Source: Marsupella aquatica (taxonomy: Eukaryota > Plantae > Marchantiophyta). Taken from it: DNA of 64,000 bases. Numbering within the stretch: the stretch's first letter is position 1; every line of letters begins with the position of its first letter. The notes under the pieces are model-generated. The model saw only the letters and a list, made by a program, of their open reading frames with translations, was not told the DNA's origin and searched no databases. Positions 1 to 13,499 of the stretch are shown here, piece by piece. The translations under genes and the position numbers were made by a program. Location of the stretch: NCBI GenBank assembly GCA_973895155.1, contig OZ316892.1, forward strand, positions 15,492,861-15,556,860, given 5' to 3'.

Positions 1-3000
1 TCTCGCCAACTCTCAATGACGCTCGTGCTGGTCCCTCAAATTCATATGGCTCTTCAACTTCATATGAGAGGTCTACTCTTGCAATCGGAAGACATTCTTC
101 TCGTCTTGGTTCATTGATGCGAATAGTTTCCCTTTCATTTATGATAAGGGTAGAATCAACATGCCTAAAAATAAAATAAAAAGTCAAAATTAGATATATA
201 TGATCCATTTTTCAATAGCAAACAAAATTGAATCATACATTTTGCTCATAAAATAGAAAAGAGGAGAGTGATGAAATTAGTAATATCTATATTAATACCT
301 TGGAGAAGAAATGACTTGTCCAATCGTGGTTGACAAATTAGTAATATCATTCAAAACCCTTTGGTTTGACATTGTTGTACACATCTAGATCATTTATATC
401 TACAAAATAGAGGAGAACAAATTCGGGATAAGAAAATGTATCAAGTATAAATGATTGCTCAAATTTATTCATAAAATGATTGTGATCCACCATCACATAC
501 AAAGCCCTGTGTTACATGCCTCAACTATTTTCTATCTCAGATGCCTCTATCTAGGGCCAACATTTATCTCAGATGCCTCTATCTTGGACCAAAATCCATA
601 GTTTTAGGAATCTAAACTCTATCACTAATTTGATATGCTATGTAGATCACTTCACCATGATATGATCTCACTTTGTCTTGGTGAAAGGGATGAAAGGAAA
701 GGCTGGAGCGGAACTGCTTAGCTCACCGCTCTCTTGTGATTGACTACTCTTCTGCCTGCCCTCTAAATGCGCTGTCTACTCTACTGTTGCCGCAACCACC
801 GATGCCAGTGTCTCTGCAACGACCAAAAATCCATTGAGCTAGTACCAGCTTGCTTCCCACAGAGTTCACCAAATATTGATGCTATCTCTGGACCATGAAC
901 TGCAAGCACCAACCTCCTTTCTCCTGAACACAATGGCACCTATTAGCTCCAACACTATCAACCTAGGCACCATTCAAATGAAATGTGGCGACAGTTGATC
1001 ATGAGATATAGTAGTAGGATATGCACAGATTCAAAAGAGCTTAAGAACCTTCACGGTTGAGCAAAGTTGGAGCTTGCTATGGCATAATTGAGGATGCAAC
1101 AGCAGACACCTCGCTCCTGAATTGTTGGCCTAAAGCTCTAGAGTGAACTTTGATTACACAGGAAGCTCTAGGTTGAATCAATTGGACATCTTTTCGAAGA
1201 ACTCCTGGTCTGTAGTCTCAATCACCTGGGGGAAAACTGAGATTACATGAAAATGTCATTCAAAGCATCAAGGGTGAACTATGGTACATTACACAGGAAG
1301 TTCTACATTTTTGCGTTCGCAGGAATGGAAAGAAACTCAGTACAAACTCTGTCAGATGTGCCAGATCTTTGCCTCTCTCCTTTTCTCTTACCTCGGGGAC
1401 ACTGGCACCTCGACTGGTCATGGAGGGCGTCCTGACTTGGTGGGCAATTCCACATTCCAAACCAAACAATAATTTTGGTGATTCAGTGACCGAAAATTGG
1501 TACATCGACGATCAACATCGCCCCCTTGACGTGCGTGCGACCTCGCAGCCCTTGATAGAACGGAGACGGAGTCGGGACTCACTGTTTCGGCCCCTGTGGA
1601 GGAGGAGACGGAGTCGGGACTCATTGTTGTTGACGATGAAGAAGAAGATGGTAGCGGATGACAATCGCCCCAGGATGCATGGATTTTGTCTCGATTCCAA
1701 GGGAAAAAGCAGAGCAAAGCTAGCAATCTTGTCATGCTGCGTGTCGGCTCAGTCGTTGTATTTCCAGAAATCCCGCTCCAATTCGGTCAATGCTTGATTC
1801 CTTCTCGCTGCGCTGCTGTGTTGTTTTGAGTTGTTCAGCACAATGTTCAATTTGCGGCCGCCTCGCCTCCTCCTCCTCCGAAACTGAGGGCCGAGGCAGG
1901 CACTGGTAGGCAGGAAGGAAGGCAGGCATGTCCAAACTTCGAAACTTAGATGAATAGATTCCCTACATGAGCCATCTAGGCTGCAACAGACATTGCTGGA
2001 AAATGGGACCACTCACCTCAATCCGAAGCTGGCGATTGAAGGCAGCAATGACAATGGAAGATGTCCAGCTGTGCTTCTCGACCTTGCAACATCAAATTCC
2101 TGGCATCAGTCTCGCCCCAACATGAAAAAATGGCAACATGGATTCCATCACATTCTAGACGTCTGCTCCCCTGCGCTCAATGATGAATCTCCATGAGAAC
2201 CAAACACAAATTCATGCCGTCTATTCAATTCATGTTGTATCCTTAAACTGAGCCCCCACAATCTTGACCGAAACTGACCAAAATGGTGGGAGGGAAGGGC
2301 TTCAGTTTCAACTCGGATGCGCCTTCCTTCACTTTCAATCCCTTAGCTCTCGCTTTCACTCCTCCTCCAATGACTCCCTCCTTCACCAACTCTGCTATGG
2401 CTTCACCAAATCCTGCACCACAATCGTCCCTACAGCAGCTCAAATCTCAAATGCAGGTCTACAGGCAGGGCGGACCCTCACCGAAGGTGGAATGACAAAC
2501 TTCGTCATTGTAGAGGCGATAGGTAAGATCGGGGGCCAAATCCGAAATGCTCCGTTCGCCAGGCTGCACATCAAATTGGGAGCGAACTGGGTGGAGGGAG
2601 TACAAATTGGGAGCGAACTGGGTGGAGGGAGTAAGCGAAAAGTACCTCAATCCGGTTGTCCCCCTGGCCAATGAAGTCAAACTCCGAACCTTCACCTCCT
2701 TCTTCAAAAATGCCTCAGTCCTGCCATCATCTTCTTCACACAGCTGAAGCCACAGTCCGTTTCAATTGCACTCAACTCCAGGAATGAAAAGAGAAGTCTC
2801 ACCAGGAATGAAAAGCAAAGTTGGCATCCAGGTCCATGGCAATCATCCCAGCCAAGCCTCTCCTCAGTTCTCACTCCCTTGAACACATGACCTTCACCTC
2901 CTTGAATTCATACAACACCTAAACCCAGACTCGCTACCTGCTTCAATGCCTACAGTCTTGGGTTCTTCCTTCACTGAATACCTGCCATACCGAGAATCCT

Positions 3001-4212
3001 TCGCTGCTGCAATTCAAAAAAATTCTCTTGAGGTTTAGGCTTCAGAGGGTGCCAAACCTGTAGCTTTCGAGTTACATCAACACATTCAAGTTGGATCAGA
3101 AATGTTGGTTCAACGTAGCTTCTTATCCAAATTTTCCCGAGTCCTAGTCCCTATTAGTAGCTCCTTGCCAAATTAGTCTTCCGGCCAGCTATCGAGAAGA
3201 AATCTAATCCTGTCCGCCAGTGGGCTAACCTGCACACCCTCCAAATACTTGCTGCCATTCCCCTCCCACTTCTTCCCCACAGCCATCGTAGCAGATGGAA
3301 ATGCGAAATATGGAAGCAGAGCTGGAAGTGGGTTCAGGACCCAATAGTGTGCTCAATAGAAGTGATCAACGATCTTGGCATGGTAGACGGATCGATACTA
3401 TGGGTGAGTAGTTGTACACTTGCACAGCCAAGAGGACATCATCACAGGCCAGAGACATGCAAACAGGACTGATTCGATTTGGCTTGGCAACCAATTCTTC
3501 GATCGAGTGTAAAGATTCAGAAATCACCTGCGGAAAAGTGCGAAGGATCGAAGGAGCATGATGTCAGTGGTGGAGTTGTGCGCAAACCCACACCTAATGC
3601 CTGCCACAACGAGAATACTTTGCAGCTGCAATTCAAAATTATTCTCCTCAGGTTTAGGCTTCAGACCTGAGCGTTACAAAGCGTTGACAAATGGCAGACT
3701 TAGAACATTCTCAAGCTTAATTGCTATGCTAGAAGTAACGTCGCTCACGATAAATCTGCAAAACGTTGATCAATCTTAATCAATCGATAATCAGTCCACT
3801 CACCCAAATTCAAAATTAAAATGGCAAGCGAAATCAAAAGGCAAATCTATCAGGCAGCTGAGCTTCCCTTGCATTCACATTCAGCTCCCTGTTTTTCCAT
3901 GTGCCATCGTCGATGCACTTCCATTCCACACAGCTCCCTTCTGTTCTCCATTGACGGAGCCAGATCGACTTCCATTCACAGCTCCCCGCAGCTCCCTTGT
4001 GTTCCGCAGTGACAGCCACAGTGACAGAGCCCGATAGGTCACGCCGCTTCACTTCCAAACCTATTAGAGTGGCTCACCCTTAATTCACCCTTAATTTACA
4101 CCCGCACCCGTCACCCCCAATTTTCCTACACCCCTAGAGTTACGGTCTAGAGGCTTCACTCTAGACCCTAGGTCGTGAATAGTAGGGTGTAGTTCGCGCT
4201 TTATTAGTAAGA
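1..4212 (-). mobile_element. Probable Helitron (5' end at 4212) carrying captured gene fragments; 3' end not located, so the left coordinate is arbitrary
   Basis: Gypsy pol similarity stops at A|TCTTACTAATAAAG on the minus strand, matching the Helitron 5'-TC-after-A pattern. A subterminal hairpin GGTCTAGAG/CTCTAGACC lies at 4144-4167, and a mosaic of short repeats and gene pieces lies leftward. Confidence 0.4.
2492..2700 (+). pseudogene. Fragment of a flavin amine/polyamine oxidase gene (N-terminal FAD-binding region), frameshifted
   Basis: Translation FVIVEAIGKIGGQIRNAPF..KLGANWVEGV..NPVVPLANEVKLRTF resembles the ExxxxxGGR..GANWVEG..NP segment of polyamine oxidases. A perfect 31-bp tandem duplication (2572-2602/2603-2633) shifts the frame. 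Confidence 0.65.
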
Positions 4213-7200
4213 TGTCCTTCTTGCTCACACATCTCCTCAACCTGTCATCTGGTCCAAGCTTAAATAATATATCTTTGATCAATGTGTATGGTCCTGTCTT
4301 GACCACAAACATTCTTTGCTTCTGAGTATTCCCTGGTGGAATCACTCCCTCCTTTAGGTACCTTCGAATCTCAGCATATTCATCCTCCTCCTCTGAAATT
4401 GTAAACAAATGCTCATCTGGAAAAACAGCAACAATGGAGTTGCTCACCTCTTTTTCCTCCAACCGGGATAGGTAGTCCACATTCTTGTTCCCCATCCCAG
4501 GCTTTACCTTGATCTGGTATTGAAACTCCTGGAGCAACATGACCCACCTAGCAACTCTCCCTGATAAATCAGCTTTGTTCACCAAATGCTTGATGGCATC
4601 ATGATCAGGATGGAAAACCACATCATAGCCAAGTAGGTAGTGCCTGAACTTCTTACATGCAAAGATAATAGGCAAGCATTCTCTCTCAGTAGTGGTGTAG
4701 TTCTTCTCAGCTGGGCTCATCTGCCTACTGGCATAGTAGATGGGCCTTTCCTCCTTGTTCTCCCCATACTGCCAAAGTATCACTCCTATACAAAAACCTG
4801 AAGCATCTCCAGTTACATGGAACTCTTGGTCAAACCTGGGTGCTGCCATCATAGGTGCCTTAACCATCCTGGCCTTGAGCTCCCTAAAAGCTTCCTCTTG
4901 TCGGTCACCCCACTGAAATGGGGCCTCCTTCTTCAACAACTCAGTTAGGGGCAAAGCAATCTTAGCATAGCCTTCTACAAATCTTCGGTAGTAGCCCACC
5001 ATGCCAAGGAATCCCCTCACTTCTTTCACACTAGAAGGTGCTTTAAGAGCTAAGATAGTGGTCACTTTGTCAAGGTCAACAACAATCCCTTCTGCTGAAA
5101 CTCGGTGCCCTAACAAAATTCCATTCTCCATTCCAATGAAGCACTTACCAGGGTTCAACTTCAGATTGGCTTCCCTACATCTCTCAAAGGTAAGCCTCAG
5201 GTGCTGTAGATGATCCTCCCGTTTACTAAAAACAGCAAAGTCATCTATAAACACCTCTAAAAAGTGTCTCAAAAAATCATGAAAGATGTCTCTCATAATC
5301 CTTTGAAATGTACCTGAGGCATTACACAATCCAAAGGGCATCCTTCGAAATGCATAGGTCCCCCAATCAGTAGTGAAGGTAGTATAGATCTGGTCCCCAA
5401 CTCAGATGAAGGTTTGGTAATATCCTAACATCCCATCCAAAAATGTGTAAACTGCATGACCAGCTACATGGTCCAATATAATATCAGTGAAGGGTAGTGG
5501 GTAGAAGTCCTTCTTTGTGGCTTCATTCAACTTCCTATAGTCCTGGCAAACTCTGATTTTGGCCACTCCATCAGCTCCCACCTTCTTTGGCACTATAACA
5601 ATGGGTGATACCCACTCACTATGTTTCACTGGATAGATGAAGCCTGCCTCCAATAGCTTGTCCAACTCTTCCTTCACCTTCAAAGAGTACTTTGGATTGA
5701 GCCTATATTGCCTCTGCCTGATTGGCATTGCATCCTCCTTCAGATCTATTTTGTGCTCTCCATATTGAGGTGCAATCCCTGTCAAGTCATGGTGAGACCA
5801 GGCAAACACATCCTTGAATTCTAGCAAGAGCTCTTTGTAAGTTTCCATCTCCACATCCTGGATGGTCTTTCCTAGATAGAACTCCATTTCAGGTGTGAGA
5901 CTCATCTTCTCATATTGAACTGGCTTAACAGCAGGGGAAAGACTCTCTTCTTGTTCCCTCCCAAAAGTCTCATGGTAGTTCTCCGGGTCTTCCTTCAATT
6001 GCTGTTGCACCCATTCACTAGTGAATGGCACATCAAGTTCTCCCAATGCATGCACATTCTTCTTTTTAGTCTCACCAACATCATTAGTCTTTTCTTGCTG
6101 GTTCTTCAAGGGCAAGGGTAAAGGTGTGACCTCTTTCTCCTCTTCATCTTCCTTGACCTGTACATGCTCCTCCTCAGGCTGGTTGAAACCAAACTCCTCC
6201 TCTGTGGCTGTCTTTAAAGTATTTACCACCATCCAACAATCAGACACCTGGCCTTCTTCATCAGCTTCATCACTCTCAGTTGTATAACCCATAGAAGTGG
6301 CTGTTGTCTCTCCTTGATATGCTGGCAGCCCCCACGGAATTTTGACTGAACCAATTTTGAACTCCTTGTTCTTCCAGTCCTCCAAGACTCCAGCCTTGTA
6401 CAACCAAGGCCTCCCCAACAGAACCTGGAATGTAGCTGGGATGGGCAGCCTGATCACAACAAAATTTAGCTTGTATTCCAACTCTCCTATCCTAGTGACA
6501 ACTTGGGATAGCTTACCCACCGGTACTACCTCCTCCTGGTTAGCCATCCTTAGTATCTTGGGGGTAGGCTCAAATGTTGTGTAGCCTAGGTCGGCAGCAG
6601 TTTGCTCCATCATGACATTCACACCTGAACCTCCATCAACTGGTACCCTTATGACCATGCAACCTTCAATCTCAATGTCAATCTCAGGTGCTCCCCAATC
6701 CTCCACTTCAGTGTATCTCACTTCTGAAATGGTTGGTGGCAGCCTCTTCTTCCTTCTACTCTTCACAACATCCAACACTTGCTTCCGGTACTTTGGGTTG
6801 TCTTTTAACAATTGCCCAATGGTGACTTCAGCTAGCCTCTTCTCAATGTCTTGCATGATGTTATAGTGTAACTCCCTTCTGGCTGTAGGTGATAAGGAAG
6901 GTCTCACCACCACAGTAGTTCTCTTGGTGCTAGTCTCACCCTCCTTGGCATGTAGCTCCTCCAGGTGTGCTAGCACTTCCTCTGTGACATCGGGCAGCTC
7001 AAAAGTTGGTGCTTCGTTCTCCTCTTCACCATCAGATATCTCTTCCTCAACCGCTGGTGCCTTGCCCTTCTCTTCATAGTGTTTCCTCCTGGTAGACACC
7101 TCCCACAAATTCTCCTCTTCAACATCTTGGATCCACCTCACATTTGAAATGGTGGCTTCCTCCCTTTGCTGCTCTGCTGCTGTAGGGTTGGAGTAATTCA

Positions 7201-8500
7201 AGGCGGTCTGTTCCCTTGGTAGAATGGGGACATAGCGGGGTGGCGCTCTCTGTTGTACAGGCTTGGGGCATCTAGAAGCCTTGTGTCCTTCTTCCCTGCA
7301 ATTTCCACACAAGAAAATGTACTCTCCTTGTATCCTCCGATGGGGGCATTCAGGTGAAATATGACCCGCCTCTCCACACTCCCAACAAGTACCAGGTATT
7401 CTAGGCACTGGATAGCCAGTCCTAGCTCTCATCTCAGCACGCATAGTTCCTTGTTGAATGGCATAAACAGACTCCATCTCCCTAAGTTCAACCTCTTGTG
7501 GACTCATCTCAGCCTCCTGAATCATCCTCCAATTAGCTTGGCAATCTTGAGAGAAGTGACCTTATTTCTTGCAACGGGTACACCATACATTGGTGCGGGC
7601 CATAGGTACAGGTTTCCTATTCTTCTTGATGTTGGCCATCTGCACCTTCACCTCTTCAATGGCTGCCCTCAAGGTCTGCATCTCATCCTTCACCACCTTG
7701 GCAAGGGTTGTCTCCTTAGCTGGGCGGGGCTTAGGATTCTCCTCTACTGAATAGTCATCACTATCCTCTGATTCCTTTTCAAATCTCACCTTCTTCTTGA
7801 GCTTCTTATCTGCCCAACGACCGGACAATAGTGCAGACTTCTCATACATCTTGGTCACATCAACAGCAGCTGCCAAGGTTTGAGGATCTGCCTTCCTTAC
7901 CTCAAAATCAAGCAACTCTGGTAGGCCAGAGATGAACCACTCCAACTGAAGGTTAGATGGCGGTGCAGTGGATAACTTCCCAATCAGCTATTGGACCCGT
8001 TGGGTGTAGCTCCGCAAGGAATCAGTTGGTTTCATCTTGATAGAGTTCAGTCGGGACATCACTCTAGAATCAGCTCCAATCTCCCTGAACTCTTCCTCAA
8101 ATGCTGACTTCAGCCTTGGCCAATCAGCTTTCACTCCAGGTGTCAAAGCATTGTACCACCTCATAGCTTCACCATCGATCAATCCACGAAACAGCCTCTT
8201 GGTAGTGGGTTCATCTCCCTCATCATTAGCTGCTAAGGTTGCCAAATATTGTTCCATCCAATCATCCACATCTTGACTACCATCTCCCCTGAATCTAGTG
8301 TACTTGATTAAAAAGGAGGGAGGCATCTTGACTGGAATTACCTGGTCGGGAGTGATCTGAACTGGTACAGCAGCTACAGTCGGTGCAGGTCTGGTCCTCT
8401 TCACCAAAGCGTCCCTCGGTGAAGCTCTCCCTTCCTCCTCCTGATCTGCAACAGTCTTTTTTACACTCCTTGTTGAATATCTCTGCTGTCGTTCACTCAT
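4213..8500 (-). pseudogene. Ty3/Gypsy gag-pol (GAG, 3 CCHC knuckles, protease, RT, RNase H), truncated at the start of integrase; 3 in-frame stops
   Basis: ORFs 7988-8593, 7562-7945, 5402-7525 and 4091-5341 share one frame. Motifs: CWECGEAGHISPEC, VDGGSGVN (PR), WVSPIVIVPKK/DYRKLN/MPFGLCNA/FIDD (RT), DASG..YYASRQ..ERE (RH). Confidence 0.95.
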
Positions 8501-8534
8501 CCAGGTCTTCCACTTCTGGTCTTCACGCCACAAC

Positions 8535-8552
8535 TCCCCGGCAGCGGCGCCA
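8535..8552 (-). other. Primer binding site, tRNA-Asp type
   Basis: Minus strand reads CGACA-TTT-TGGCGCCGCTGCCGGGGA, complementary (1 mismatch, from recall of the tRNA sequence) to the plant tRNA-Asp 3' end TCCCCGGCAACGGCGCCA. Confidence 0.85.
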
Positions 8553-8555
8553 AAA

Positions 8556-11300
8556 TGTCGTGGAGGGTAACTCACGGGTAGCACACAACCCAAGCAAAGA
8601 TATTGCTATCTCTACCAGTTCATTCCCATGGAAGAGCTTAGGGTGGGACCGCAAGCGGAAGACGGATGAACAAACCTTTTAGAAACCAAACAAAACCCCA
8701 CCTCTATCTTCCAAGAGGCTGGAGAGTTTTCTCCATTTCAAAATAATAGACTACAACGACAAAACAACAAGACCTAACTCTCCACAAGGACCCCTCCTCA
8801 TGAGAGTGCCAAATTTACTAAAGTTCTTTACACAAGGTGACCAGGGAAAACCTGTAAGAAATCACCCTGCTAAAAGCTCACTGGAACAAACCATGTTGCT
8901 GGGGTCACATTAGCTCCTCCTACCATCAATTGGTTTGCAGAACAAAACTAGGGGCTGAGCCCATTGTACTTGACTGCCACCCAATCTCAAGCACCCAATT
9001 TTCAGCAGCCCTTGACCAGATCAATACTTCTTGTCACCTCCCAGCTCTGAGGATTCAGATTGTCACTCCTGGGGGTGTCTACTAACTCCGGCCAACAAAA
9101 TAGCCAAATCAGGACAGCAAAACACACATGGTGAGAAGGTTGCACTTTCAGATTTACTAAAGTACTCCAAACACAACGACCAGGGAAAACCTGTAATCGC
9201 TTTGCCAAAAGTCCACAGCTAGAGACACCAAAGCACCATAAGGAATCGCCAATACGCTGCCTAGGTATACTGCCCGAACCAGGGAAAACCTGAAATCATA
9301 ACACAATATTATCTCCTCACTAAACCTCTAGAAAATCAACCAGATTGGGTACAAGGTAACATCCAAGTATTCAATCTCTCTAAAGCTTAGTTCTCATGTC
9401 ACTACAGAATTGGAGTCATAGCAAAGAAGGATGCAAGAAAAAGAGAATTTGTGTAATATCATAAATTTTCCTTGTACAAATGAAACCTCTGTCTAGGGCC
9501 CTTCTCCTCACTTCTCTACAACTATCCAACTCTGGGATCATATGCTTGTTGATCTTAGTTTCCACTCCATGTGGATGAAGTTTCCACTAAGCAACCAGAC
9601 ATTTGTCCCTCCACACAAGAAAATACAGTCCTTAAATACTTTGCAGCCACTCCAATCCAATCCTCACCATGGGCTGAGTGTTCCCCTCTCTTACTAGCTC
9701 ATAATCAAGCTCCTACTTCCATTCAATCCTCATCCATGTGCTTCAAATCATAGAATCGAATTTCGCGCAGAAAAGTTGGAAGCTGCAGACCCCCCTCCGG
9801 CATCTGATTTTTCTCTCACCAACCAGACCTCGGTTGGTGTTCATAATTTGCCAGAAGGTGCACCTACTTCCTTTCTACCTCCACAAAAAATATCAGCCAA
9901 TTTGGTCAAGCGAATGTGGCTCCAGAAAATATTTGGTGTCGCTGATTTTTCCTATCATTCGTTTCCGGGAATTTCAACTTCGGCGACTTGCGAGTGGAAC
10001 TTCTAACTCCATTTCGACCTTCCCTTCCAACCTACCACCTTCTTTCTCATGTGCTTCCCATTCACAACTAATCACCATCACCATCTTCCCACCAATCAAT
10101 TGATTATAATAACATTCGTTTGCTTGAAGGTGCGGAATCAGATTTGTACCAAAAGCTAGAAAGTTGTAGACCCCCCTCCGGCATCCAATTTTTCTCTCAC
10201 CAACAGACCTCGGTTGGTGCTCATAATTTTCCAGAAGGTGCGCCTACTTCCCTTCTACCTCCACAAAAAATATCAGCCAATTTGGTCAAGCGAATGTGGC
10301 TCCAGAAAATATTTGGTGTTGCTGATTTTTCTTACCACGAGTTTTCCGCGATTTTGACTTCGACAACTTGTGATTCGACATTATCTCTCCAATTCGACTT
10401 GTCTTTCCAGGCCACGATTGCTTCACTTCATTTCTTGCAACTGATGATCACCTAATCCATCATATCTAATCAATCAATTGTTGATGGAGTCTTCACTCCT
10501 ACCTAACTCCATATCTCAATCAGTCTTATCACAAACTAAGTAATTTTCTATTTCTTTCTTTACTCCTTTGATTCATCTACCTCTTCTTTCCTCTTCTTTT
10601 GACTACCCTCATACACATGAGAGTACCATCTTTAGGAGTACTCCTCTTTTCACTCATGAGTACCCCCTGGTTAACTTGCAACAAAACGGCCAAACGGCTT
10701 AGCGGCCTAGTGGTTTTGCGGTAAAACTACTAGATGCCTATTCCTTGCGATTTTAAAAAATCTAACCTGAACTCCGTTTGTGCTGAAATTTTGCCAGTGT
10801 GTTTCCTCTACCTATAATCTATTACCTGACTAAAACTCAGACGTTTTGGACTAATGTAAGTCTACCAATAAAATACCTAAAGATGCTAATTTAGTATAAA
10901 GTTGTAAAAACAGAAAACTATTCTAAGTGTCAAAGAACCAAAGTGTTAATATGCGAAACAAAAATGACTCTAACTTCCTAACGACATGTCCATTTTGTTT
11001 TATATTTTCTTGGGTAGATTTCTCTATCTAAAATCTATCTACTCATCAAAATTTGAGAGTTTTTTATGACCTACAAAGATTTGATTAATGACCTACAAAG
11101 ATTTGATTAAAATATCATAAAATGCTACTCTACCTTAAAACTATCACTATTAATTTCTCACTTAATCTTCTAGGTTCAAAGTTGACCAAGGCCTAAAGCC
11201 TTCAACTACACTGAAATTACATAGAAAGAGGTAACTATAAGTCTTAATAAGCTCAAAAATTAATTAACAGCCCTGTGTGACACCTTTAAGGGGGCGCACA
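8556..11300 (-). repeat. 5' LTR (~2.7 kb) of the left Ty3/Gypsy element
   Basis: Ends in CA immediately before the PBS; the probable start is TGTGCGCCCCC at 11300. It contains an internal ~200-250 bp duplication (~9752 and ~10134) and three CCAGGGAAAACCTG copies. No partner LTR is in the window, so the outer end is inferred. Confidence 0.65.
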
Positions 11301-12049
11301 AACCCGCCTCCTACTCTTTACTAGTTGGAATGTGGAAATGAAGGGCTAAACAAATAAGTGTACACATCAAAATTCATTAACGATAGTAAATCATGTTTAT
11401 GGAAAGAAGATTAGCACATTGCTTAGTACCTTAGTGTCCTTGGTTCGCGCCATGATGCCCTGACACCTGCAGAAAAGAATCAGAAAAGTGCAATCATATA
11501 TTGCGTCCTATGTGAGTGAAGCAAACTTAGAGGAGGGGGGAACCACTCATTCACAAACAGACTGCATGCAAAGGTCAACGAATGTCCGAATGAATGAAGG
11601 AGTATGAAAATGCTTCCGTGTTGATTCATTGTCTGGCCATAACACGTAGTACCGCAATAGATGGTCGCAGAGTACTATGAAAATGCGAGGACCCAATCGC
11701 GTAGTCTTTATTGTGTTGCTAGGATGGACTACCAATTACGGCTAGAGTAAGCATTCAATGACAAACTTAAAGCTTCACCTAGACGTCTAACAAGTGATGA
11801 CATTGTGCCCTCATTGAGTGAATCGCCGCCATCTGCATCTCCTTCCGCCTGCACTATAGGTGAGGAATATCCTTCGCTTGATGATACTTTGGTGCAATCA
11901 GGTGCGGTGGTTAGGACGATTGTAGACTCAGTCACCATGTCCAATTGTGTATTGTTTATGGACACAAACGGAGCTGATTCACCGCTTCCACGCGTAGGTG
12001 AATGGTGCGTAAATCGAGTGGAAGGTGTGGAAGTGCGACGAGGAGTACG

Positions 12050-12586
12050 TCACGCAGGCGATTGAGTCTGGGACCATATTATGGATTGCGGCAATATAGT
12101 GTTCGATGAAATGATCTCCAAGTTGTGGACAAATAGGATGCCACGATTGATTTTGAACGTAACATTGCAAAGGGGCGCATTCTTCACAGAATCGTGGACG
12201 ACCTGGAACTGATCAACTGGATCCATTTCAGCCAGGGCAGATGCAGGGAGACCACGTAAGTCTCGGGCCGCTTCCCAAATTTCAGCTCGCAAACCAGGTT
12301 TGCCGGTATTACAATGCAAGCTACCGTCGGTCAGGTGTAGCTCAAATTGGAAGAATTCGGTGAACGTTCCATTCTGGACAGCATCATGCTCGCAATGCTT
12401 CTCTTGGGGACCTTCAATCAAAATCTTACACAACCCTCTAGGGGTTGCCTCAGTACACCCTCGATAGATGAATTTTTTTGGGAATGGGTTTGTTGCTATA
12501 AAATTAACAACATGAACACTACACGGACCCATATAACCAGTCTCCTCTTTCATCACGGCAGTGTGCACATCAAAAAGAGTCGTCAT
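12050..12586 (-). CDS. RPA1 C-terminal-like OB-fold/Zn-ribbon protein, probably TE (Helitron)-borne
   Basis: FIYRGC..CKIL..CEH..FQFELHLTDGS..AEIWEAARDLRGLPASALAEM follows the YxAC..C..C..l.l.D.tg..f..ae.llg.sa.el pattern of RPA70 DBD-C. Confidence 0.5.
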   Translation of the reverse strand: MTTLFDVHTAVMKEETGYMGPCSVHVVNFIATNPFPKKFIYRGCTEATPRGLCKILIEGPQEKHCEHDAVQNGTFTEFFQFELHLTDGSLHCNTGKPGLRAEIWEAARDLRGLPASALAEMDPVDQFQVVHDSVKNAPLCNVTFKINRGILFVHNLEIISSNTILPQSIIWSQTQSPA

Positions 12587-13069
12587 GTCAAGTGAAATTG
12601 CCTTACCGGGAATGTCACAAAACTTGGAATCGTTGTCTGTTTACTGCCCTAAACCCCAGCCCTCTCTGCAAAATACCAAGCGAGAAATGTGTAAGGTCAC
12701 GAGGTTGACAGAAGACAACACGGAAATGCACCACGTTCGATACAGAGAATTTCCAGAGTCACACACTCCTCCGATGCGGCTTGCTTGATCGTCAGAGCTG
12801 TAGAAGTGCGGAATGGCAGGGTATGCGCATTGCTGAACTGCAATAGGGCATTGCTGAACTGCAATAGGGCATCGCAATGAGCGGAAATGGATTCAGTGGG
12901 AATGTCTTAATCATTGTTAGGATCGTTGTATACTAGATACTGGATTGAGTACAACAATCATTCTAGGTCGACTCACGACTCCAGTCGAACTCGTGATAGC
13001 GAGTGACCAAGGTAAACGGGCGATGATGGCCGAGTCTAGGGCCGCGTGGTGCAGAAGGGGACTCGCATC

Positions 13070-13226
13070 CCTATGGCGAAGGGACAGGGCCAGGGATAGG
13101 TTTAGGGCACGGGGGTCAGGGTGCGGGAGGGATAATGGCGAGAGGGACAGGGCCAGGGATAGGGTTTAGGGTGCGGGGTCAGGGCGCGGGAGGGATAAGG
13201 GCTGGTGGCGGGGACAGGGCGAGGGA
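13070..13226 (+). repeat. G-rich tandem duplication (~64-bp unit) containing TTTAGGG
   Basis: AGGGACAGGGCCAGGGATAGG(G)TTTAGGG..GGGTCAGGG.GCGGGAGGGATAA occurs twice, plus a partial copy. Confidence 0.8.
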
Positions 13227-13499
13227 GCCTTTGGTTGCCCGAATGCCCTTGACGCCTGCCCGATTCCGTTACGCCACTATGAACACTGTGAGGGTGTAAT
13301 CACCCCTCTAATGGCGCATTGATTGGCATCGATATTGCCAATCGCGCCTTGACAAGAGCTGCCAAGCTGGACTCTGGCCTGGTAATGAGGGAGTTGTCCT
13401 GCAGCCGTAAAAAATGTTTAAGCACAATCTAGCAGTCCTCTTAAGAAAAGCAAAAGCTCTCATTCATCACTTCAAAACTTGCCAGCCCATCCCTGGTTC

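Noticed and set aside
6620-6645. Protease DGG instead of D(T/S)G
   Set aside because: VDGGS/A variants are common in plant non-chromovirus Ty3/Gypsy proteases.
13097-13175. Interstitial telomere
   Set aside because: Only isolated TTTAGGG heptamers within a longer repeat unit.
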